This document shows positions 31,800 through 39,112 of a stretch of DNA of 64,000 nucleotides, piece by piece. A model generated the notes under the pieces. The model did not search any database. It was not told the DNA's origin and saw only the letters and a program-made list of their open reading frames with translations. Location: assembly GCA_963675595.2 (NCBI GenBank), contig CAXXLZ010000002.1:2272001-2336000 (forward strand), in the 5' to 3' direction. This DNA is from Thermodesulfobacteriota bacterium (GTDB taxonomy: Bacteria; Desulfobacterota; Desulfarculia; JACQYL01). A program made the position numbers and the translations under genes. How positions within the stretch are numbered: position 1 is the first letter of the stretch; every line of letters begins with the position of its first letter.

Positions 31800-31816
31800 C
31801 CGCGCCACTTGAGGGC

Positions 31817-31846
31817 TTGACAGGCCGCAGCCCCCATAAGTATCGT
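31817..31846 (+). promoter_or_regulatory. Sigma-70 promoter for hisS-aspS
   Basis: TTGACA-N18-TATCGT, 36 nt before the hisS start. Confidence 0.55.
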
Positions 31847-31882
31847 ACCGTTTCTTCAGAATTCTCCAAGGAGTATAGTGCA

Positions 31883-33136
31883 TTGATTCAACGAATTAAG
31901 GGAACCCGCGACCTTTTGCCGCCCGAAGTCGATTCTTGGGCGTTTCTGGAATCCATGGCCCGAGAAGTCTTCTCTCGGTTTGGTTATAAAGAGATCCGCC
32001 CGCCCCTCATGGAATGGACCGAGCTTTTCGCCCGAGGAATCGGTGAAAACACGGATGTCGTGGAGAAGGAAATGTATACTTTTCCCGACAGCCAGGGCCG
32101 TTCCATCTCACTGCGGCCGGAGGCCACGGCCGGAGTCGTGAGGGCCTATATTGAAAACAAGCTTTACGCCGCAAATCCGGTGTCGAAATTGTTCACCATC
32201 GGTCCGATGTTCAGGCACGAGCGTCCCCAAAAGGGAAGATTCCGCCAGTTCCACCAGATCAACGTAGAGGCCGTGGGAGACCCCGGTCCCGCCATCGACG
32301 CCGAAATCATCGCCATGGGACTTTGGTTCTTCGAGCGCATCGGACTCCGGGATTTCCGTCTCAGCCTCAACAGCCTGGGGTGTCCCGACTGCCGTCCCGA
32401 TTTCAAGAAGGCCTTACTTTCCTTTTTTGAAACCCGCGAGAGCCGGCTTTGCGAGGACTGCAGACGAAGACTGAACAAGAATCCTCTCCGCATTCTGGAT
32501 TGCAAGGTGCCGACATGTCGGGAAGTGGTCCAGGGAGCTCCGGCAACCGTGGACCATCTCTGTTCGGACTGCGGCGCACATTTCGCCAAAGTCCGCGAAG
32601 GCATGGACCGTCTCGGAATCGATTACGATTTGAACCCCCTTTTGGTACGTGGTCTGGACTACTACACGAGAACCGCGTTCGAAGTGACCACCACCCGTCT
32701 GGGCGCCCAGGACGCCTTCATGGGCGGGGGGCGCTATGACGGTTTGACCGCGCTTCTGGACGGCCCGGCCACACCGGCCATTGGATTCGCCATCGGCATG
32801 GAAAGGCTTCATCTTCTGGTCGGGGACTTGGCCCCGGAAACAAGGCCCGACCTCTACGTAGCGGCCCTCGGTGAAGCGGGCCTCGATCGTGCTTTCGCTC
32901 TCACCCACGCATTGCGCAAAGCCGGGATGTGGGTCGAAACCGGTTATGAGGACAAGAGCCTGAAAAGCCGGATGAAACAGGCGGACCGCCTGGGAGCGAA
33001 ACACGTTCTCATTCTGGGATCGGAAGAGATCGAAAAGGGCAAAGCCGTCTTAAGAAACATGCGGAACAAGGAACAGCGGGAAGTCGACTTGGCCTCCCTG
33101 CCGGAAAGCCTTCTTTCGCTGCTCGGCGAGGAGTGA
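31883..33136 (+). CDS. hisS: Histidine--tRNA ligase
   Basis: KGTRDLLP, VVEKEMYTF, LRPEATA, FRHERPQKGRFRQFHQ, VRGLDYY, GGGRYD. TTG start behind AAGGAG. Confidence 0.97.
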   Translation: MIQRIKGTRDLLPPEVDSWAFLESMAREVFSRFGYKEIRPPLMEWTELFARGIGENTDVVEKEMYTFPDSQGRSISLRPEATAGVVRAYIENKLYAANPVSKLFTIGPMFRHERPQKGRFRQFHQINVEAVGDPGPAIDAEIIAMGLWFFERIGLRDFRLSLNSLGCPDCRPDFKKALLSFFETRESRLCEDCRRRLNKNPLRILDCKVPTCREVVQGAPATVDHLCSDCGAHFAKVREGMDRLGIDYDLNPLLVRGLDYYTRTAFEVTTTRLGAQDAFMGGGRYDGLTALLDGPATPAIGFAIGMERLHLLVGDLAPETRPDLYVAALGEAGLDRAFALTHALRKAGMWVETGYEDKSLKSRMKQADRLGAKHVLILGSEEIEKGKAVLRNMRNKEQREVDLASLPESLLSLLGEE

Positions 33137-33142
33137 GCAACT

Positions 33143-34915
33143 TTGGAAAAACTGAAACGTTCCCGAACCTGTGGAGAATTGAACAGCGCCCATTTGGGGC
33201 AAACGGTCGTGCTCGCGGGTTGGGTTCACCGTCATCGAGATCTGGGAGGGCTCATCTTTGTCGATCTTCGAGATCGAGAAGGGATGACCCAAGTGGTCTT
33301 CAATCCGGACTACGATGCGGAGCCCCTTGAACAGGCCAAGAGTCTTCGTTCCGAATTCGTCATTGCGGTGCGAGGAGTGGTGCAGTCCCGTCCGGATAAC
33401 ATGAAGAACCCCGACTTGGCCACCGGTGAGATCGAAGTGGCGGTCAACGCCCTGGAGATACTCAACACCGCCGAAGTCCTTCCCTTCGTCATCGACGAAG
33501 CTCACACCGCTTCCGAGGTGCTCCGCTTGGAATACCGGTACCTGGACCTCAGACGGCCTACGGTTCTCGAAGCCTTCAAACTGAGGCACCGAGTTACGAA
33601 CACCATACGCAATTACATGAACGACCACGGCTTCATGGACGTGGAAACGCCCATGCTCACCAGAAGCACACCCGAAGGGGCACGGGACTATGTGGTGCCG
33701 AGCCGCACCCAGCGAGGTCGCTTCTACGCGCTGCCGCAGTCGCCGCAATTGTTCAAACAGCTTCTTATGGTGGCGGGTTTCGAAAAATACTTTCAAATCG
33801 TGAAATGCTTCCGCGATGAGGACCTGAGAGCGGATCGGCAACCGGAATTCACCCAGTTGGACATCGAGATGTCTTTTGTTGAAGAAGAAGACGTCATCGC
33901 ACTCATGGAAGGACTCCTTTGTAAGTTATGGCGTGAGGTCCTCGATCAGGAGATTCCCGTTCCCTTTCCCCGCCTCACCTACCTGGAAGCCATGGACCGT
34001 TTCGGAACGGATCGGCCCGACTTGCGTTTCGGCATGGAACTCGTGGATATCTCGTCCCACTGTGCGCAATGCGGATTTCAGGTGTTTGCGGATGCCGTTG
34101 GGTCCGGCGGCGTGGTCAAAGCAATCAACGCGTCGGGATGTGGAACTTTCTCGCGCAAACAAATCGACGAGCTTACCGACCTCGTGAAGCAGAGCGGAGC
34201 CGCCGGACTTGCGTGGGCCAAGCCGAAAAGTCCCGAAGAATGGCAATCCCCCATCGCGAAGTTCCTGACGCCCGGAGAGCGGTCCGCCATCCATCAAGCG
34301 CTGGAGCTCAAGGAAAACGATTTAGCTCTCTTCGTAAGCGGACGAAGCGACATCGTGAACGACAGCCTGGGCAGGCTCAGGATTCATTTGGGTCGCAAAC
34401 TGGAACTCGCCGATCCTTCCGTGTTCCGCTTCACCTGGGTAACCCATTTCCCTCTTGTTGAATTCGATGAGGAAGAAAACCGTTACGCCGCAGTGCATCA
34501 CCCTTTCACCGCCCCCCTCGACGAAGACCTGACGTACCTTGAATCCGAGCCCGGGAAAGTGCGGTCCAGAGCCTACGACGTGGTACTCAACGGAAACGAA
34601 ATCGGAGGAGGCAGTATTCGAAATCACAGAATGGACATTCAAACCCGGGTCTTCCAGGCACTGTCCATCGACGGCGGAGAAGCCGAAGAGAAATTCGGGT
34701 TCCTTTTGAAAGCGCTGACGTTGGGGGCACCGCCCCACGGAGGTATTGCTCTCGGATTGGATCGCCTCTCCATGCTCATGGCGGGCAAACCGTCGATTCG
34801 AGACGTGATCGCCTTCCCTAAAACAACGACCGGAATGTGCCCTCTCACCGGCGCACCGGCGTCAATCGACGAAAGACAGCTCAAAGAACTTGGAATCACG
34901 CCGTTTTCCCGGTAA
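33143..34915 (+). CDS. aspS: Aspartate--tRNA ligase
   Basis: RYLDLRR, STPEGARDY, LPQSPQLFKQ, FRDEDLRADRQPEFTQ, HHPFT, PPHGGIALGLDR. Confidence 0.97.
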   Translation: MEKLKRSRTCGELNSAHLGQTVVLAGWVHRHRDLGGLIFVDLRDREGMTQVVFNPDYDAEPLEQAKSLRSEFVIAVRGVVQSRPDNMKNPDLATGEIEVAVNALEILNTAEVLPFVIDEAHTASEVLRLEYRYLDLRRPTVLEAFKLRHRVTNTIRNYMNDHGFMDVETPMLTRSTPEGARDYVVPSRTQRGRFYALPQSPQLFKQLLMVAGFEKYFQIVKCFRDEDLRADRQPEFTQLDIEMSFVEEEDVIALMEGLLCKLWREVLDQEIPVPFPRLTYLEAMDRFGTDRPDLRFGMELVDISSHCAQCGFQVFADAVGSGGVVKAINASGCGTFSRKQIDELTDLVKQSGAAGLAWAKPKSPEEWQSPIAKFLTPGERSAIHQALELKENDLALFVSGRSDIVNDSLGRLRIHLGRKLELADPSVFRFTWVTHFPLVEFDEEENRYAAVHHPFTAPLDEDLTYLESEPGKVRSRAYDVVLNGNEIGGGSIRNHRMDIQTRVFQALSIDGGEAEEKFGFLLKALTLGAPPHGGIALGLDRLSMLMAGKPSIRDVIAFPKTTTGMCPLTGAPASIDERQLKELGITPFSR

Positions 34916-35100
34916 TGTAAGGGGCCCGTCTTTATTCTTGACAATGCGATGGCGAGTCCATTAGTTTGATTTGGTTTGGTGTGGAGGAATTGTGATGCGG
35001 CCGGCCGGGGTTGCTTCGGTCCCGCCCCCGGCAAAGACAATGGTGATGCTTCGATTGGCTACAAGCATGAAGAGCGTTTTCGAACAGGAGGATGTTTGAA

Positions 35101-35313
35101 ATGAGTGAAGTCTGCGCACCCATGGCAGGAAAAATCATCAAGATTCTCGTTTCTCCGGGGGACAACGTTGCTGAAGACGAGGAAGTTTTGATCATGGAAG
35201 CCATGAAGATGGAGATGCCGGTCGTATGCACGTGCGACGGCGCCATCAAGGATATTAAGGTCAAAGAGGGAGAAGCGGTGGAAGCGGAGCAGGTGCTTAT
35301 CCTCGTGGACTAG
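35101..35313 (+). CDS. Stand-alone biotin carboxyl carrier domain protein
   Basis: APMAGKI...EAMKMEM biotinylation motif; about 70 aa. Alternative start 35092. Confidence 0.88.
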   Translation: MSEVCAPMAGKIIKILVSPGDNVAEDEEVLIMEAMKMEMPVVCTCDGAIKDIKVKEGEAVEAEQVLILVD

Positions 35314-35404
35314 CCCTTCGCAACGGCGTTTCTTGAAAAGCCGTTCCCGGAACCTTTCGAGATACCTACTCTCTCGTCTTGACAAAACCGGATCAGGCTA
35401 TCAA

Positions 35405-35451
35405 AGGGGAAGGTTTCTCGCTAATATTGAGGGGCCTTCCCCTGAGTTTTT
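35405..35451 (+). terminator. Intrinsic-terminator-like hairpin
   Basis: 15-bp stem with 3 G-U pairs (AGGGGAAGGTTTCTC-N9-GAGGGGCCTTCCCCT) followed by GAGTTTTT. Confidence 0.55.
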
Positions 35452-35767
35452 GGGCGCTCGATAGACGCGCTTTTCAGCCGTCGAGGCAAACGTCTTCTGA
35501 TGACGGCCCTCCGCCGAACCCGTTATCCGCCAAGCGTTAGAGGATTTCAGCGACGCGCGTGACGTGCTCTATTCATGGGGGTAAGCGTTCCGGTTCGTGA
35601 TCGCGGTTCCGGCGGCACGCAGGAGAGTCGGCAACCTTTGTCATTCGTATTTCAACGGATGGTGACGGCGGGTGTGTTCTGAACCCATCACAGATGGAAT
35701 CCAATCGACCGAAGAACGACAAGCAAGAACGGGTAACGGACTTCCGTGGAGACGTGGTGATAACGTT

Positions 35768-36208
35768 ATGGAGATGATTGAAACCGCAACACGGCTGCTT
35801 GAGGATTGGCTGCCGGAAGGAGATTGGGAGGAGCTTCGCCAGGTGTTCACGGACGATGTTACTTACGTGGATGCCAACAATCTGGCCACTTCCGGCAAAG
35901 ACTCGGTAATCGGACTCCTAAGAAAGGGCAACCGCCTTGCACGAATGATCTGGGAAGACGAAATCATCCCCCCCAACCGCGTGCTGAACACAATCAAACA
36001 AAATCGGCAGGCATTTGTGGAATGGGAAGCGCGAGGAGCCCTCAAAAACGGAGTTTCCGTAACGATCCCCGGCTGTACCGTACTCCGGTTTCAGAAGTAT
36101 CGCATTCAGTACTACCGCGACTACGTTAATTTTGCCATATTCGTGCAGTGGGCCCAAATGTATCCCGAAGTCTTTCGCGAACTCGCCGAAACGGAAACAG
36201 CCACGTAA
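35768..36208 (+). CDS. NTF2/SnoaL-like fold protein
   Basis: GDWEELRQVFTDDVTY, AFVEW, GCTVLRF..YRIQYYRDYVN pattern. Confidence 0.75.
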   Translation: MEMIETATRLLEDWLPEGDWEELRQVFTDDVTYVDANNLATSGKDSVIGLLRKGNRLARMIWEDEIIPPNRVLNTIKQNRQAFVEWEARGALKNGVSVTIPGCTVLRFQKYRIQYYRDYVNFAIFVQWAQMYPEVFRELAETETAT

Positions 36209-36281
36209 AGAATTGTGCGACCCATGAGGCCGTACCATCGGCCTAAAGAAACGGCGCTTGATCAAGAGCCGTCTTCCACGA

Positions 36282-36734
36282 CTATTCTTTCTCCCCCAGA
36301 CTCCGAATTCTCTCATCCAGAGGCGTGGTTTCCGTCATGCGGAGACCGAAACGATCGTTGACCACCACCACGTCGCCGCGTCCGATGAGATTATCGTTCA
36401 CCAGCAGATCCAACTTCTCCCCCGCGTCCTTGTCCAATTCAATGATGCTTCCCTGGCCCAATTGCATCAGGTCGCTGATCACAAGACGTGTTTCACCCAG
36501 GCGGATCCGCACCACCACGGGAATTCTCAGCAGCAGCTCCAATCCGAGGGTACGAGGCCGTTTAACCGGTTCAGGCGCTTTGGCGGACCGATCCGCCGGG
36601 GGCGCCTCTTCCGACGCAGGAGCCTTCTGTTCGGGCTTCCCTTCTTTGGCGGCCCCCTCCTCGGCGATCCGTTGTTCCTCCAGAGCCTCCGCCCACACGT
36701 CGTCGATATTGTCTATTTGCTCTTTTTCAGACAC
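36282..36734 (-). CDS. fliN: Flagellar motor switch protein FliN (SpoA domain)
   Basis: DDVWAEALEEQ N-terminus; LLLRIPVVVRIRLG...L.QGSIIELDKDAGEKLDLLVN..LIGRGDVVVVNDRFGLR. Confidence 0.88.
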   Translation of the reverse strand: MSEKEQIDNIDDVWAEALEEQRIAEEGAAKEGKPEQKAPASEEAPPADRSAKAPEPVKRPRTLGLELLLRIPVVVRIRLGETRLVISDLMQLGQGSIIELDKDAGEKLDLLVNDNLIGRGDVVVVNDRFGLRMTETTPLDERIRSLGEKE

Positions 36735-36828
36735 CGGGACCTCTTTCCACCAAAATCCCCAAACCGTAACTCCCGCCGTTATGGATCGGCAATCTGAACC
36801 CGCCCGAACGAGAATATCGCATACTCGT

Positions 36829-36837
36829 AGTATACCA
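36829..36837 (-). promoter_or_regulatory. Extended -10 element upstream of fliN
   Basis: Minus strand TG-G-TATACT about 95 nt before the fliN start; no clear -35. Confidence 0.4.
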
Positions 36838-36906
36838 CGAAATTAAAGCCCAACGGCTTCGTAAAAGAAGCAAGGCCCAAAACCGCCTACGGCTTTCGGT
36901 TCTCCA

Positions 36907-38349
36907 CTAAACGTCGAAGACCGCCTGAACTCTCACGGGGACTTCCACCAAGTCCTCCTTGATGACCAGCACTTCCTTACGGCTCACCTTCCTGAGAAAC
37001 ACATGCTTGGCGGGATAGTCCATCCATGCTTCCTGCAATGCCTGTTTCGCCTTTTCCAGAGTTTCGCTTTCCGCCAACTGGGTAAAGGCACCATTTACCA
37101 TGGCATATACTCGGTAGCACTCTCCAAGAATTCTTGCTTCCCCCCGCTCCTCAAGCACGATCTGGGACGGAGGGGCGCCCATGGACTGGGGCGATGCGGA
37201 CCGTTGAGAGCGATCCGCGGCCGGAATCGGATCAAGCTTAGTGTCCGGCAAAGGCTCGGGTTTCGCGGCCGACGGAGGCGGACATTCTCCTCCGTTCATC
37301 TCCTTACGCGCATCCTCCAATAACGCATCCACGGCGCTCTGCTGGGAAAAGTCTTCCGTGTAGGGCGCCGGCTCAATATCCAGAGGAACATCACCCGCAG
37401 TCAAATCAGGGCCCTTGGGAATCATGTCCCGGACGGGCGCAGCAAGAGCTTCCGAATCTTCCTCGACGGCACTCTCCTCAGGCTCCGGAGTCTGTTCCGC
37501 CGGCTCGGAGTCTTCGCTCGCCTCTTCAGGCGCCGGCTCCTCTTCGGCATCCGATTCGATTGAGGAGAAGAGACTTTCGATGGAAGATTGATCCAAAACG
37601 CCGTTGCCTTCGGGTTCTTCCAGCGGAGTCTCTTCTTCCGAATCCGACGAGCCGGATTGGAGCATGTCATTGAGCAGACTGTCAATATCGGCCTGTCCAA
37701 CCAGCCCCCCGGACCCGGTGTCGCCCGTCGACTTCGTCCCGCCGTCGGAAGGCGTTTCGGGTTCAGCCTCCTTCTGCGCGGCTCCGCCCGGCAGACCACT
37801 TAAAAGGGACTCGATGTCGTCTTGAGACATCGTCTCCTTTTTGCGCGGGGGTTCCTTCACGGGTTCGGGTGTCGTGTCACCGCCCGCAGGACTGAACAAC
37901 GCATCAAGGTCGTCCTGCGACAGAACGCTGCCCGGAGACGAAGGTTCCTCGGCTGTTTCCTCCCGATCATCTCCTCCTGCTCCACTCAGCAACAGATCTA
38001 TGTCGTCCTGCGACACGGTACCGCCTGTCTGTTCTTTTTCGGATCCTTTGCCGGACCCGTTGCCTGATTTATTCAAGTACGAATCCATTTCTCTCCGAAT
38101 GGAGGCCATGGTCAACTTGAGAGCGGGTGGAGAGAGCCGATTGAGAAAGGATTCAAGGGCCGCCTTCACCACTTCGACATTGGAATCTTCAAAGTGCTCG
38201 TTATGGCGGTCGAGGAATTGCATGATCTCCTCGACGGTTCCTTTGTACTTCTCTCGCTTGGCAATCTGTATGAGGGCATCCCGTTCGCTGCTGAGCTTCT
38301 TGTTCGCCTCCTCAATGAGCTCGCCCAGTTTGAGTTGTGATCGAGCCAT
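36907..38349 (-). CDS. Hypothetical acidic, largely disordered protein with six SQDDIDALL-like motifs
   Basis: 480-aa frame from ATG 38349: helical N-terminal domain, low-complexity E/P/S/G centre with repeated motifs, small C-terminal alpha/beta domain. Confidence 0.8.
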   Translation of the reverse strand: MARSQLKLGELIEEANKKLSSERDALIQIAKREKYKGTVEEIMQFLDRHNEHFEDSNVEVVKAALESFLNRLSPPALKLTMASIRREMDSYLNKSGNGSGKGSEKEQTGGTVSQDDIDLLLSGAGGDDREETAEEPSSPGSVLSQDDLDALFSPAGGDTTPEPVKEPPRKKETMSQDDIESLLSGLPGGAAQKEAEPETPSDGGTKSTGDTGSGGLVGQADIDSLLNDMLQSGSSDSEEETPLEEPEGNGVLDQSSIESLFSSIESDAEEEPAPEEASEDSEPAEQTPEPEESAVEEDSEALAAPVRDMIPKGPDLTAGDVPLDIEPAPYTEDFSQQSAVDALLEDARKEMNGGECPPPSAAKPEPLPDTKLDPIPAADRSQRSASPQSMGAPPSQIVLEERGEARILGECYRVYAMVNGAFTQLAESETLEKAKQALQEAWMDYPAKHVFLRKVSRKEVLVIKEDLVEVPVRVQAVFDV

Positions 38350-38402
38350 GGTTCTCACCTGTGTCCCGGGTTGTTCGTCACACCGTGTCCCTGTACCCGG
38401 AA

Positions 38403-38418
38403 TACAAAACCCGTGCCG
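38403..38418 (-). promoter_or_regulatory. Candidate sigma-54 (-24/-12) promoter
   Basis: CGGCACGGGTTTTGTA versus consensus TGGCACG-N4-TTGCW; spacing is correct but the -12 dinucleotide is GT, not GC. Confidence 0.45.
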
Positions 38419-38642
38419 GCCCACGAAAGAAATCGTGAATTCTTTCTTGACCGGGCCGTTTCCGTCGTTTCATAAGAAAGAGAGCTCTGCGGGAGATTGG
38501 AGGGAGATCGGCAGCGTTCAGGATCATCGCCCCGAAGTTGATCTCCGGGCGGGAAACGCCGGCAAGGGCGCATTCTTTGCGCACCCTCGTTCCGCCGATG
38601 AGGCGCAAAAAGGGTTCTTTCTCGAAATTATTCTACCCGCCC

Positions 38643-38656
38643 GTCAAAACATTGAC
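38643..38656. promoter_or_regulatory. Palindromic candidate enhancer-binding-protein site
   Basis: GTCAA-AACA-TTGAC, similar to the Pseudomonas FleQ consensus GTCaNTAAAtTGAC; about 225 nt upstream of the sigma-54 candidate. Confidence 0.4.
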
Positions 38657-38760
38657 AAGGTTTCACAGCAACGACAAAAATCGGATGAAACTTCCGATGG
38701 GTACGCGGGGAAAGCCTCACCACCACGGAAACCGGATTGAAGCGCATTGCGGATGCCCCT

Positions 38761-39036
38761 TTAGTGAGTTATCTCACTCTGCGCTTCTTCTTCCTCGCCG
38801 AGGAAATAGGCATGGTATTCCTCCTCGGCCAAATGTTTCTTGAGCAGCCGACTGATCAAATTGAAGATCTCTTCCAGTTCCTCTTCAGACAAGCGCTTTC
38901 GCAGAAGCTCCATCAACCGATCGTCCGAAAACTTCTGTAGAAAGACGATTACGGTGGCCTCATCCGTCTCTCTGTCCAAACCGAATCCCACAAGCCCTTC
39001 GTATTTCTCCACAAACCGATGCAAGTATTCTTTCAT
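38761..39036 (-). CDS. Small hypothetical cytoplasmic protein
   Basis: Protein-like frame (H.FVEKYEGLVGFGLDRETDE...LQKFSDD.L...HL.EEEYH..FL) with RBS AAGGAAGG; alternative start 39060. Confidence 0.75.
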   Translation of the reverse strand: MKEYLHRFVEKYEGLVGFGLDRETDEATVIVFLQKFSDDRLMELLRKRLSEEELEEIFNLISRLLKKHLAEEEYHAYFLGEEEEAQSEITH

Positions 39037-39112
39037 GTACAATTTCCCTTCCTTTTTCATCTCAACGAGCCCGGGTAGTCCCTGATTCTTCCGGGCGTAA
39101 GCAGGCTGAACA

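Noticed and set aside
35470-35515. Fluoride riboswitch suggested by CTGATGAC
   Set aside because: The 5' GGNGATGG element and pseudoknot complement are not evident, and no crcB/eriC-type gene follows.
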